A DNA stretch of 64,000 nt. It comes from Phyllosticta citribraziliensis. Lineage: Eukaryota. Each line of letters begins with the position of its first letter. Positions within the stretch are counted from its first letter, which is position 1. Location of the stretch: the NCBI RefSeq assembly GCF_038025025.1, contig NW_027117342.1, forward strand, positions 2,170,001-2,234,000, written 5' to 3'. Below the pieces are notes generated by a model. The model searched no databases, was not told where the DNA came from, and saw nothing but the letters and a program-made list of their open reading frames with translations. Made by a program: the position numbers and the translations under genes. Positions 11,986 through 25,774 of this stretch are shown one piece after another.

Positions 11986-14900
11986 ATGACGGCAACCGGC
12001 GCAACATCTACGCGCCCCGAAATTGACCAACTGAAAGCCTCGCTCGCCTCCGCCTCGACCTGTCCTTTAACTTCCGTCGCCTCTCTCCAAGAACTTCTCG
12101 GCGCCAGCTCCAAGTCGACGACGCCCGCGGAAAAAGAAAATACTGAACCAGCAGAGTGCGATACAACAGCCCGGAAGACGAAACCCTCACAAAGCCGAAT
12201 ACGATCCAAGAAGACAGCAGAAAGGGTTGCCAATGCGCACCCAGCGCCTCAGCTTTCGTCGTACGACAAGTTCGTCTTGGCCACTGAAGTTGTCAACCTC
12301 TCGCTCAAGTCGCTCGGCGAAGGCCTAAAGTTGTCGTCAAAGGCTCCAGATCAATCGATATCTGGCACGAAACAATCCTCCCACCGACGCGATGCTTCGA
12401 CAGCCTCTGTCGGCTCTGGTCGCAACCCGAAAAACGCCGGCTCTCGGACTGGCGCTCAGCGCTCTACTGCACCCCTCCGCCCGATCCATGACCGCCAGAC
12501 AACACAGGACTCGGCGTCGAAACATCCGCAAAATTCTGGGCTTGTCACCATCGCCGAATGCGCAAGACTGGCCTTCGCATATTTGAGGACGCTGGAAGCA
12601 TGGAAGACTTCAGGCAAAGACATGCCCCCATTGCAGGTCGAGAGTGGGATGCTGTCACTGGTTGGAAAATTGATCTCTGGCGGGATGGAAAATTTGGCTG
12701 TGAAAGAGCTTCGGATATTGAAACGGCGGTTGGAAGGTCATATGCGTCCTGTGGAGAAAAAGGGGTCGGAGCCTGCTCAAGAGAAGAGACAGGAGACGCT
12801 CGCAAGCCTACTTCAGCTCGAAAATGTGGACCTGCAAAGCCCAGTTCTTCCTTTGGTTGTTCAACATCAGTTGTACGTCCTCAAGATCGTCGCAAGCAGC
12901 AGAAAGGCGGCAACCATTGAGTCTGCATCCAAATATCTTCAGCTTTCATCCCAATCTTCGCCAATCAACCTGCTGTTGTCCCTCTCAGAAAGGCCCGGAA
13001 ACAAAGAGAAGGCTGCCCGTCAGCTCGAGACAATCTCCAAAATCTTGCTGTCGCTCTGTCCAAGCGTCCTCGCATCTGAAGACAAAACAGCGTGTGACGA
13101 GAGTCGCAGCCCTTCTCCAGAGACGGCTTTCAGACTACAATCACTTGCATTTGAAGCTCAAATCCAGTGGTGGAGCCTATCGAAGCACTGCGGGGACCAC
13201 GCAAAGGACCTGTTTGATCCATTTTCCAAATGCCTCAAAGCTTTCGAGCGCAGATGCGAATTACCAGCAAACGAAAAACACAATCTGGCCGCGCAATTGT
13301 TTCGGCGGATAGAAGCCAAGGGAAAAGAAGATTCGGGCACACACGGATACGAGGACAGTTTCAGCACCCGGAGGGTTCTCAGTGCCCTAGCACAGTCGGC
13401 TGGATTGAACCGAGAAGCTGTCGACTGGATGAGGGCGACAGATATGCCACAAAGCTCGTCAGGGACCGTATCAACCCAACTTGCTGTGCAAACGCGCATT
13501 ACTTCTCTCTCTCTCGAGGATCGACATTCGGACGAGGGAATGCAGAGAATTTATGCAAACATCGAAGCTGTTTTGGACGGTCTTAGCGAGAACCCGGATC
13601 TAGAACTCACAGCTCTGCAATCTCTGGTAACTGAATTCTCGGGTCTGAGGAAGAAGGCAGCTTCGGTCTGTGTTGAATCAGCGGATGATGGCATCCTACA
13701 GCAGAAGTGCTTCTCGCTGATCGTCTCGCACGCGCGACTCCTGTCCGACTACATTTCCGCCACAGCTGAAGCCGATTTACTTCGGACAGAGATCGACTCC
13801 CTAACGAAAGAAATCAAGGGAACAATGGACTCCGTGGCTTTCGGCTGTAAGGCGCTTATTTCGAAAAGAACTATGACGTGGGATTCCCTGGACCAGAGCC
13901 TGCAGCATTGTATGTCAATCGTTGCAAAATCCGAACAAGTGTATGAGGACGATGTTCAGGGACTACAAGAATTGCGTTCCTACATACAGCACCCACTCGT
14001 CCGGATCTCCGGGCTCTACTGGCTGTTCAGCGCACAGCTTCAGAAATCCGATGGCCTGGTGGATGGAATGGTTCGGCCTATGCAAAAGGCAGTTGAGCTT
14101 CTCCTACATCGCCCGGCAGATGAAATGGCTGCTGGCTTTTTGATTCTCAAGTGTCAAAAGCTTGGGGAGATTTTGGAATCCCTCCGCAGACCCGAGGAAG
14201 CCGAAAAGACATTTCTCGACTCCTTGGAAGCTCAGCTGCGATCAGGCATGCTGGAAGCTGCTGCCGACAAGGCTTCATCGATTTCCCTTTCGCAACTGAT
14301 GGAGGAAGATCGGTTCGCCAATCTGCTGAGGACCTTGAAGGCATTGCACCATTTGTCGCTCCGGAGAAGCCATGATGACAATTCTTCGCCCAGAATTATC
14401 GACCGCGACGAATTGGACATTGCCTCTAGAGGACTACTTCTGGAATCGCAACTTGCCATCTGTTTTCAAAGTCATCTGAAAAGCCGGTACCCAGGAACCT
14501 TGTTGATGACTCCTATTCGTGCACTGTCTAGGCTGCTCTTCGACCTGTATGATGAGACCACCTTCCCATTGAGACGTCAAAGAGTGGCAACTTGTGTACT
14601 TCGCCTTGGCCTGGACGGACAGGACTTACTTGAGTCGTCTTTGCGATACGACGCTCTTCAGTGCATCGTTGGCAGTCGGGATTCGCTGGGGTCCGATGAA
14701 CCATTGGCAAAATACCGTGAGCACTACGCAGCTTCACACAAGGTAGCCGTCGCCCTTTTGGAAACCCCACCGTCACTGGACAAGCTTCAACACGCCCTGA
14801 GAGCGTGGCAGGAAATCTTGGACAAGTCTGGCTCCTGGAAGAGTCTGCTCGAAAATGTTGACGACTTTGATTCCTGGTCCGCACAGCTCTCCGTTTTGGC

Positions 14901-17900
14901 CGACTTCTTTGGGATGAGAGGCATGGACCGTCTGAGGATCGTGACTCTATCCATCTCCAGCAAGGCACTGAAACTTCAGGAAACACCGAATTGGGACTCT
15001 TTGCTTTGGAACAGCACGAACCTGGCTCAGCAATTTTTGGAGTTTGGTTACTCTGGGAGAGCGGGATTGGTGCTGGCAGATGCAAAGCACGCGGTCGAAG
15101 CAGCCTCTAATAACGGCGCTGTCCAATGGCACGTGGTATATGCGCAATACATGCTTGCGCTTGGGAACGGTACTGGATGGTAGGCTTCCAATTGGGTCTT
15201 TCAACTTCAAAATTTGCTAATGGCTCCTAGTATTGAAGCGTTAGCAGCTGCAAAGAAACTTGCAGCCAAGGATGCCGGCTCCCTGGCTTCACCTGGAACG
15301 ACCGCCTCATTCTCTACGCGGATCAAGCACACTCAACTGCTTGCCATCGTTTCCCTTGTGCATTCGCGACTGTCTCTTGCTGCTGGCCACCCAAGCGAAG
15401 CTCTGGCCCACGCAAAGCACTGCGTCAACCTCAACAAGAAGATCTGGATGACTGTGGAAAATCGCACAGCAAGTAGAGCGGCGACATCAAGTCAAACAAA
15501 TGACGTCGAGGATGTTCTTGATGGCGTCAAGAACATGTCTATGCAGTCAAAATCCCCCACGGTAATCTCCATGACCCACGAAGCTCTCAAAGGGGCGCAG
15601 TTCTGGCCCTTTGTCTCGTCAATTTTCCGCGGCCTTTTCCAACTGTCAAATGTTTTTGCCCATCAGGGAATGCTCCAAGAAGCAATTTTCTATGCGGAGC
15701 AAGCATCCAAGGTCGCAGGAGCCGTTGACGCCAGCTCGCCAATGGTGGCTTCACTTGGGTTGACTGCTAGGTTCCATCTTGACAGCAATAGAATCGGGGA
15801 TGCAATGGATACTCTGGCTAAGGCTGCAACCTGTCGGACACAGGCCAGACCGAACGCTGATCTGGCATTATACCACTGCGTCGCGGCCCGCGCGCACGAA
15901 TTGTCGGATGATTTCCAAACCGCCGTTACGGAATTTGACACGGCTTTGAGCATCATCTCGAGCCTCATCCAGTCCGACTACGTCAAGCAAATCGAAAGGA
16001 TCAGTCCGGATGACCGGGAAATCGTCGATATGATGTCGAAGCTGGAGATCGAGGAACCTGTCCGTCGAGGTCGTCGAGTCGCCCCGAAGCAGACCACTGC
16101 TCGAAAGCCAACCAAGGCTGGGGCCACCAAAACTACGGATATGAAGAAAGCGGGCACGAACCCCCTCTGCGCTCACTCATCGAACCCTGCAGATGAATGT
16201 CAATACCTTCAAGGTCTTCAGGCAGTCATCCTATGCCACAAGGCCAACCTCTTCCTGTCGAAGGACAAACTTTCTGATGCTGTTGCCCTGATTTCTCAGG
16301 CGGAGCAGTCGAGCCAGGGGCTCGAAGCTTCAGTCCAACACCAGTCGACGCGGTTTCGCAGCCTAATGTCCGAGGCGATGAAGGAAATTGCTGCCGACTT
16401 CACCTTCAACGCTCTCCCCGAGTCCACAATCTCTTTTCCAGCATTGTCGTGGAATGAGCGCAAGTTTTCCGAGTCCTTTCAGCAGAAGCCCGCCTCTGCC
16501 ACGCTGTATTCCTCCGCGTCTGGTTCTGTCGGCCGCAAAGGAGGCAAAGGAAAAAAGGTGTCGAAGGAAGACTTCAATGCCATCCTTCAGAAGGCCCGCG
16601 ACTGCATCTCAGAAGCTCACACAAAAGCACTGGGCATCTCATCTACCTCAGCAGTTCACCGAGTCTGCAGCATGCTTAACGAAGTCACGATTCTTCTCTC
16701 TGCCACGTCCTACAGAGGCTCGAAAGGCACGCTGCACCCACTATTCGCCGCCTATCTTACTGAGCTCCCGAAGACCAATGCCTTCGAGCTCGAGAAGAAG
16801 GCGATCGCCATTGAGACGCACCAAACAAGCAGAGCTGAGCTGATGAGCTGGCCGTCTCCAAGTGAAGATGCGCAGAAGCCAAGCAGACTTAGCGCTGCGG
16901 AGTTCCAGGCCAATTACGTTGACATCATTCCCGCCAGTTGGACAACAATATCGCTTTCCCTGAATGAGGCTCACGACGAGCTTTACATCACTCGCTACAT
17001 CGCCAACCAGTCGCCCTTTATCCTGCGTCTTCCCTTGTCAAGACACAAAGCCCGTGACGTAGACGAGGAGCTATTTGGTTTTGACGAGGCCAAAACTGAG
17101 TTAAAGGAGATCATTGACCTCTCTGATTTCAGCGTTCGCAGTACGCAAGATCTGACGGCAAAGGGCGCCAAAACGGAATGGTGGGCTCAGCGTGAGGCCT
17201 TGGATTGCAGACTTCATGATCTCCTGGTAAACATGGAAAACATATGGCTTGGAGGATTCCGCGGAATCTTTTCGGTGAAAAAAGGCGACAAGTCCCTGTT
17301 GGGCAGGTTTCAAAAAAGCTTCCAAAACATTCTGGACCGACATCTACCCAGCCGACAAGGCAAAGGGAAGCAAGCCAAAAAGACTCAGCTGGATTCGAGG
17401 ATCTTGGAGCTCTTTGTTGGTCTTGGAAATCCCGACGACGGCAGAGATCTCGACGACTCCTTGATGGACTTGGTTTATTTTGTTGTGGATATCCTGCAAT
17501 TCAATGGAGAGAAGAACGCGTATGATGAAATCGACTTCGATGCGGTAAGTGGACGGATTCATCAAGGCCTTTCATGAGCTTGACTGACATATCCCAGATC
17601 ATTATCGAGATGCTTGATGCGCTCCGAGCTTTCCACCAAGCTGCGGATCCTGCTCCCATGTCCCGTCATACCATCTTGATTCTCGACAAAAATCTACACG
17701 GATTTCCCTGGGAGTCTCTTCCTTCCTTGCAGCAATTATCAATTTCGCGCCTACCGTCCATGTCAGCTCTCCGGGAAAGGCTGCTCGTAGTCCAAGCAGA
17801 TGCTGGTAACGAGACGCGGCCGACGGATGAAATAGGTCACCACCTCAGATGCTCCTCCTTGAGTGGGACCAGCATTCTGAATCCTGGTGGAGACTTGAAA

Positions 17901-18563
17901 CACACGCAGCAAACGCTTTCCCCACATGTCAACAACATGCCCGGATCATGGCTGAACTTGATCAATCGGACGCCCGACGAAAAGGTGTTTGAATCCTCGA
18001 TCACCGAAAAGGACCTGCTCCTCTTCTTTGGACACGGTAGCGGCGCGCAGTACGTGCGCGGTAGGACAGTGAGAAAGTTGCAGAACAGTCGCAACCAGGA
18101 CGGCAGCGAGACGAACAGTTTGCAGAGACCACTGGCAACGAGTCTCCTTTTCGGATGTTCGAGTGCGCACATCACCGAGAACGGCGAGTTTGAGCCGTCT
18201 GGGATGCTCTGCAGCTACGTCACGGCAGGCGTTCCCGCAGTCATGGGCATGCTGTGGGACGTCACGGACAAAGACTGCGATCGTTTCGCCGTTGCTACGC
18301 TGAGCAGCTGGGGGCTTTTCACCGCACCGAAAGAGAGCTCAGACGGAGAAACCAAGGCACGTGCCAAGGGCACAAGTTCTAAGAGAGAAAAGAGCAAAAG
18401 CAGAGCGGTGGATAGAGAAAACCGTCACCGACCCGTCTCTGCCGGCGCTGGCGGCGTGGGCCTTGATGAGGCCGTGGCCCGGAGTAGGGATGCTTGTTAC
18501 TTGAGATATCTGAACGGCGCAGCCGCGGTAGTGTACGGCATTCCGGTTTTCCTGGATTCGTGA
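11986..18563 (+). CDS. ESP1: Separase (separin, peptidase C50; Esp1/Cut1/BimB)
   Basis: Exons 11986-15179, 15231-17544, 17598-18563 give about 2150 aa. The C-terminal C50 domain has FPWESLP, ILNPGGDL, catalytic His in FFGHGSGAQY, catalytic Cys in LLFGCSS, LWDVTDKDCDRF and YLNGAAAVVYGIP. Confidence 0.96.
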
Positions 18564-18918
18564 TTGGGGCGGGGAGGTGGGTTTGCTCTGGCTTGGGCGC
18601 ATATTCCTTCCAATTGTCATTTCTTGGTGTTTGTGCTGGTGGTTCGTCATAGCGATCGGTGTCTGAGGGTTCGAGGCATTTTCGTGACATGGCTGGTGTT
18701 TTCGTCATTGGCATGGACAGGACGAGCGACGTCTTGGGCGGTGTTTTTGGATTGGACTATGTGTAGTCGAATTACATTCATGTGCAGACAGCCCATGCCC
18801 TTCTGGTATTCTGAATCATCTGTGGAGTGTTTGAATTCTTCCTACCTGCGCATCCACTTCCTTCTCACGTTTGTGCCCCCGATTTTTGCCATCAGGCCTC
18901 AGAGAAAGATTCAGTCTA

Positions 18919-19935
18919 CTATGGCAAGAAAATAAGTGGCCCACATAGGTCCCAAAGGTCACCTGTCAAGGCTCTATCTCTGACCCATTCCTGACACAGG
19001 CCCGGAGCATCGCCAGGCTTGCAGTAGAAAGGCATTGGTATATGGAACGGACATATATGCAGTTTTTCTGGTCCGAGGGAAATTTTGACGGATTCATAGG
19101 CCCGCAGCCAATGCGGCGAGTCCATACATCCAGTAATGGTCCATGAACCGCCCTGCACATCGAGACTGATGACCTTCAGGGGGTGTTGTTTGGCCTTTTC
19201 CGCAAAACGAGGCCATATCGCAACAGCTGCGGGCCACTCGGCGCGGGTGAGGGCAAGACACTCCAGGCTTGGCAGTTTGAGGAGGCTGTCGTAAAAGTCA
19301 GGAGAGTCATGGCTCGCGTTGTACAGCGCCAGCCGCCTCAGGTTCGACCAGCCGCGCCACACTGGCGGTTCTCGCAAACCAAGCAGAGAGCCTGGCTCGT
19401 GCGTCGCGAGAAAGAGCTCGTCTCTTGTGCTGGTGAATTCTTGTAAGGTTTGAAGCTGCTCAAACGCGGCCCGCAGCTTCGGCCGCACGCTGAGATGGTC
19501 CTCGGCGGGGTAGAGCGATCGCAGTGGGATGTCTATGACCAGACGGACCAGAGATTTCCGCACCAGAGAAAGCAACTCGAAAGTCCATTGAGCAGTTGGC
19601 CAGTCATCGATGGTGTCTTTGGGAAAAGGAGACAGGAACAAGTTCTCGAGGCACGGCGCTATGTCGACGTGTGGCAGAGTGAAAACTTGCCGTCGTGAAG
19701 GGTCCAGAAGTGCATGCAGCGTAAGGAGCAGCTGTCCGAGCCTTTCGGATGAGTCTATCCAAAGGCAGTGAGAGTAGAGACGGCGAATAGCGCAGGAATA
19801 GGTGAGTCTCGAGACAAGCGTCAGGGAGCGGATGGTGCGGGCGGTGATATCAGATGGCGGGAGGGCAATATCAACAGGTTGGATACATTCAACAACAGAA
19901 AGTAGCAGCTCCGGGGGCAATTTTGGCGCCGACAT
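18919..19935 (-). CDS. F-box-like hypothetical protein
   Basis: Single ORF of about 338 aa. The N-terminal LPPELLLSVVECI is F-box-like and is followed by LRR-like segments (LRRLALYN, LPSLECLALTR). Confidence 0.7.
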   Translation of the reverse strand: MSAPKLPPELLLSVVECIQPVDIALPPSDITARTIRSLTLVSRLTYSCAIRRLYSHCLWIDSSERLGQLLLTLHALLDPSRRQVFTLPHVDIAPCLENLFLSPFPKDTIDDWPTAQWTFELLSLVRKSLVRLVIDIPLRSLYPAEDHLSVRPKLRAAFEQLQTLQEFTSTRDELFLATHEPGSLLGLREPPVWRGWSNLRRLALYNASHDSPDFYDSLLKLPSLECLALTRAEWPAAVAIWPRFAEKAKQHPLKVISLDVQGGSWTITGCMDSPHWLRAYESVKISLGPEKLHICPFHIPMPFYCKPGDAPGLCQEWVRDRALTGDLWDLCGPLIFLP

Positions 19936-20284
19936 GGTCAAATCCAATGGTTGTGTAGAGGATAGGTGACCTTGTGTAGTTCTTGGGATGACTTAAGGGA
20001 ACCCTGCATGACTCAGCAAGATCAGATTATCTTATCTGCCCGCGGATCTCTACAGAGCAGTTGCGCGCTGCGCTGCGCGTAACCTGCCCGTCGACTTTCT
20101 CTTTACCAACGGCTTCAGGCGCGACTGCCCTCATCGTTTGCCTCACCTGGCCCATCCTCGACCACCTCTGTCGCCTCCCTCTTTCCACAACCCTCACCCT
20201 CTTACAACAAGGCAGTAGCATTCTCTGCTACGCGTCGCCCACCTCTTCAATCCGGAAACCACCTACAAAACCGTCGCTTGCATC

Positions 20285-22341
20285 ATGTCAGTGAGCCCTG
20301 CCTTTCATACATCACAGAACCATCTCATCATGGCTTCTACCAATGCGCGCATCTCATCAGCTCCACGGCGCAACATGCAAGAGTCTCGAAATAACAATCG
20401 CGATAGGTCTGAACCCTTGAGGGAGAGCTTTGAAGGCATCTACTTGGACTTGTCCAAGCAACCCGGAAGATGTCGATTCGCGGAATCGGGTCTGGGTTGG
20501 AAACCTCAAGCTGGCGGCGACACCTTCACTCTGGACAGCAGCAATGTCACCCAAGCACAATGGAGCCGTGCCGCGCGAGGTTACGAGCTGAGGGTTTTCA
20601 CCAAGAACACGGGTGTCATCCAGTTCGACGGGTTCCAGCAAGAGGTGAGCACAGCGTGCGGGAGTGTCTGACTTTACAAACTGACTTTGGCCAGGATTTC
20701 GAGCGCCTCAGTAAAGTTTTCAAGATGTGGTATAGCATCAACCTCGAAAACAAGGAGCATGCCCTGCGCGGCTACAATTGGGGCAAGGCGGAGTTTGGAA
20801 AATCTGAGCTGTCGTTCAACGTCCAAAGCCGACCGGCCTTCGAGCTCCCTTACTCGGAAATCGCCAACACAAATCTTGCTGGCAAGAACGAAGTCGCCAT
20901 TGAATTATCTCTTCCGGCCAACGGCGATGATACCGGTACCAACGGACACTTGGGTGGCGCTCGAGCGCGAGGAAAGAAATCGGGTGGTGCAAGGGACCAA
21001 CTTGTAGAAATGCGTTTCTACATCCCGGGAACCGTGACCAAGAAGGAAAAGAAAGAAGACGGCGAGGAGGTCTCCGACGGTGATGAGGAAGAGGAGCACA
21101 ACGCGGCCAGTCTCTTCTACAACACCCTGATAGAGAAGGCCGAGATTGGCGAGATTGCCGGCGACACATTCATCACCTTTGAAGATATCCTGCATCTGAC
21201 ACCCAGGTACGCAAAGCATGGTTGTGGCGCAGAAGGCAGAAGCAATGCTGACTTTTCCACAGAGGACGCTTCGGTCTGGACATGTACGAGACTTCGTTCC
21301 GCCTGCGCGGCAAGACCTACGACTACAAGATCCAGTACGAGGCGATCAAGAAGTTTTTTGTGCTGCCGAAGCCCGACGACATCCACCAGCTCATCACCAT
21401 TGGCGTCGACCCGCCTCTGCGCCAAGGTCAGACGAGATACCCATTCATCGTTATGCAGTTTAAGAAAGACGAGGAATTGGACGACCCGGTGCCTCTCAAC
21501 ATTGAGCCAGAGCTCCTGGAGACTCGTTACAAGGGAAAGTTGGAAGCTCAATACGAAGGTCCCATTTACAGGGTGGTTGCCCAGTTGCTTCGGGGTCTCT
21601 CGGGCAGGAAGACGATTGCACCGTCTCGCGACTTCATCAGTCACCACCAACAAAGCGGAATCAAGTGCTCGATCAAGGCCAACGAAGGACACTTGTACTG
21701 CATGGACAAGAGCTTCCTCTTCGTCCCCAAGCCGGCGACATATGTCTCTTTCGACCAGATCTCGGTCATTACCATGTCCCGTGTTGGTGGAAACTTGTCG
21801 TCAAGTCGCACCTTTGACATTACGGTTTCTATGAAGAACGGGACGGAGCATCAATTCAGCAACATTAATCGGTAGGCATTTCTAACAGTCCCTGTCTGCT
21901 CTGATGCTAACGCTCTCTTGTGCAGTGAGGAACAGACGCCCCTGGAAGATTTCTTCAAGATCAAGAATCTCAAGACGAAGAACGAGATGACGGAAGATGT
22001 AAGTTTGAAAGGTGGTAGCGTCGTGGCCGAGAAGGAGACTAACGCAACGGCAGAGCGGCGCGTTGCTTGCGGCCGCGCTTCACGACGACCTAGACGAGTC
22101 GGAAGACGACCAAGCAGCACCCAACAGAGGCAGTGCGGACGAAGACTCTGAGGAAGCAGACGAAGACTTCATGGCGGAGAGCGAGTCTGAAGTCGCCGAG
22201 GAGTTCGACTCAGCACACGAAAGCAGCGGATCCGATGACGACGAGGCGATGCCAGATGCTGGCGGTGATGCGAAGGCCAAGGGCGATTCGGACACGGAGA
22301 TGGCGGAGCGGCCGAAGAAGAAGGCCAAGACGGACAAATGA
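20285..22341 (+). CDS. POB3: FACT complex subunit Pob3/SSRP1
   Basis: Motifs ESFEGIYLDLSKQPG, ALRGYNWG, LVEMRFYIP, DPPLRQGQTRYPF and CSIKANEGHLY, plus an acidic tail and a KKKAK NLS. Introns at 20287-20406 (splits the ATG), 20645-20694, 21207-21262, 21872-21925 and 21999-22053. Confidence 0.95.
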
Positions 22342-22803
22342 GTGTACCCACAGGCGGGGCATATGGTTCTGGGCAGAGGGGAAGAGGCTTTGCATGCCCG
22401 TGGGTGCCAATGGAGCATCACGACGGCTTTGGATGGGATGGGAAGAAAAGGCGTTTTGGGGAAGTGAGGAAATAGCGGTTACCCAGTGATTTGAACGGGC
22501 ACAATGGATTGATAGATATCTCTAACGTGGGTGCGTGATGGGGCCAAGGCACAAGGCACAGGGCGGGTTGGAGACTGGAGCTGAGGAGGAGCATTCCATC
22601 CATTGATTGCGGGGGTTAGAGAAGCGCGTGCGTGCTTGGCTTGTGCTCCTCCATGTCCCCGTCGTGGCGTCGCGCTGCCGTGCAACATCCCGTCACCTCT
22701 TCCCTGGCCGCTTCATGCCCACCCACCTCGACTCCTCGCTCGACTCTCGACCGTCTGTTCGCACGTCCAGCGCCGGAATGCGCTTCTGCCGACAGCTGGA
22801 CAG

Positions 22804-25347
22804 ATGAGGTCGCGCACGGGATGGTATGTCGGCCCTCGCCTCAAGACTCCGTCGCGCTCCTGCCTTTGCTGACCACCGAGCCGCTCCCAACAGCCAGACG
22901 TGCCGCCTTCGAAAGCTGAAATGCGACGAGCGCAAACCCATTTGTGGACCATGCGGCAAGGCCAATCGAGAATGCGTCTTCAATTCCGGTCTCATCTTTC
23001 GCCACCAGCAGAATGCGTCGATGAACCGCGACCTCGACGGCAACGAGTCTGGCCTGAAAGGTTTCTACGCCTACAAGAATACGTTTGATGACGATGCCGT
23101 ATGGCTCGACATACCCAAGAATGGTACGCGCTCTTCCAATACAACGCCCGAGCGGCAAGATTGACATGTTCTCCAAGTGAGGTTTTGGAACACGACCGAC
23201 CCGTACAATGAGCCCATGTCTCCAGCCTCGGAGACGGCATCGCCCACAGCTACAGGCCAAGGGGTTGAGCAATCGGCGACTGTTCTCAACGGTTCCAGCA
23301 GTAGACAATGGTCCAACTTCGCACAGTCGCACAGACAGACTTCGGCCCACGCCCTTCACGCTCTTTCTGCCGTGGCCACGGGCGACCACTTCCCGTACCT
23401 GCATCCACCCGCATCGCGTCAAGATGCCACGCCTGCGACGGACACGCCTGTGAGGCCCAGCACGACGCTATCTAACATGCATCCGCCGACTCCCATGGCC
23501 CGCCAGAATGCTGAATCGCCAATCTCGCCTCCCGTGTCGATGACATCGTCGAACCACAACATCGATTTCATTCTCAATCATCCTGCGGTTGCTTCGCCCC
23601 CACTGGACCCGACCTTGCACTCTCCTTATGCGGCTTCCGGACGCGAGAGCTTGCATGGCAGGTCGGCAAGTTCGCGACTATCCATCATTTCGGGCATGTT
23701 TGAGACGAGCAACGCCGAAACCGATCATGAGATTGCCTACCTACTCCGTTACTATTCCGAGGGCCCTGGGCAATGGATGGACCTGTTCGACCTTGGAAAC
23801 TATTTCGCTTCCTATGTTCCTATCAAAGCGCAAACAAACCCAGTGCTGAAATACGCCGCTGTGGCGTATGCTGCCAAAGCTCTGGGGAGAGTCAAGGGGA
23901 AAAGGCCAGTTATGGGTGGAAATGCCGTCCGCAAGTCGCGCACCGAAATCTACCCCACATGCCCCGGGGTTGACTGGTACCACAAAGCCACCGAGTACTA
24001 TGATAATGCGGTTTCTCTGTTGCGACATGCGCTGCAAGAAGACTCACGCGGCATATCCCATGACGCGAACGCCTCGGAAGGGACGTGGCAATCCTCAGAG
24101 AGCCATGATGACGGCAGTTTCGGGCACGCAAATGGCAGCAGCATCTTGGCCGGATTCCCCACTTCACGCTGCAACTCTGACGAGCTCCTCGCCGCCACTG
24201 CGATTTTGTGTGTGTACGAATTCCTGGACGCGTCGGGTCCCGAGTGGGCAAGACATTTGAGTGGTGCCAAGGGCCTGATAGATATTGCAAAGGATAGCAT
24301 GATGCCTCTGCAGCTTCCTTCGCCCGGTGTTACTCTTCAACAACAGCAACGGATATCGCTATCCAAAGCTAGAAAAGCCACATTCTGGAATGTCGCAAGA
24401 CAGGACATGCTCTCTGCCTGTGAGTAATTCCCTCTCAGAGCGTGGATCGAGAAGCGTCTGTAGTGCATTGGTGAAGACATTCAAATGCTTGAAAAGCAGC
24501 ACTTGCATTTTCAGAGTCTGACTTGGCTAACACGAGAACCAAAGTTATCAACGCATGTCAAACACGGCTGGATACCGAAGATTTGCCCATGTGGAAAGAT
24601 GCAGGGTTACAAATCGACGACGAGACTGGATTTCTTCGACCATTTGAGCAGACGGGCAGCGGGTACCCGGAGAGTGGAGACATAATGAAGGAGGACATGA
24701 TGTCGAATGCTCTCGTCTGGCTCATGTCCAAGCTCGTCAACTTCATGGCGGCCGGGGACGAACTCCCATCGCTGCCAGGCCTGGAATGGTCGCAAGGAGT
24801 CCCGCAACGGACGCTGCTCGACTATTGGAAATACCTCAGGCGACAGTTTCAAATATGGTACGAGGGGCTTCCCATCACCTTCAGGGCCTGCGCGCGCATT
24901 GCTCCATCACGCATGCCAGGGTCACTGATTGAGGACGACTTGGACGCCGTGCTCCCAGAGGTTTGGTACAGCCTGCCAATGTGCGGGTCGACGATGCAGT
25001 CGTACCACATGTCTCAGGTCCAACTGTTGATGAACAAGCCACACGAGACGACGCAGGGTCGCACGACAGTCTTTGCTCGATTCAACTCTTACGAGTCTGC
25101 CATCAGCGAGAGCCAGGTGCACAGCCGCGAGATTGTCAGCATTGCTTTGTCCCGTCCAGACGCGGCGGTGCGCATCAACTCGGTGCAGCCTCTCTACACG
25201 GCAGGACAGTGCCTTGCCGATCCGCGGGAGCGCAGACTGGTGCTGAAGCTGTTGAAAGACATTGAGGTGGATACGGGGTGGGCGACGGAATACAGAGTGC
25301 GACAGCTCCTCGACCAGTGGGAGTGGAATGAAGGCGACGTGACGTGA
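22804..25347 (+). CDS. Zn(II)2Cys6 transcription factor with a fungal-specific TF C-terminal domain
   Basis: RSRTGC|QTCRLRKLKCDERKPICGPCGKANREC is formed across intron 22824-22893. Further introns at 23124-23177 and 24420-24544. GPGQWMDLFD, LLAATAILCVYE and IEVDTGWATEYRV are typical of this TF class. The start could lie further upstream. Confidence 0.88.
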
Positions 25348-25774
25348 ACGATGACACGGAGTTTCTGGAGGAGCTAATGCTGCTTCGGAAACATGTCTTT
25401 TGTCGATACTTCCCAGCCTCACACGAGAGCTGCCCGCTTGGTGTGCACTAGAGACGCAGGAGATCTTGCCACGGTCGAGGCTGGCAGCACAGAGATGCAG
25501 ATGAAACGACGCTTGACCTGGGAAACAGAGGTCAATCCAGTTGTTGGGATGCTACACTTGGAGTGCTATCGCAATGCGGTGTCCACTACACGTCTGAAAG
25601 ATACGCCAGGTGGATTAGATAGATGTGGGAGGGAAACCAGGGGTGCAGGGGGTGTGAAAGAAGACGAGACAGCGGTGTGAGCAATCAAAAGCGCGAGTGG
25701 ACATATAACAATCAACGACAGATAGCTAGCCATGAATGATGGCAAGAAATCTGAGAGCAGCGAGGGGCGCGAGA

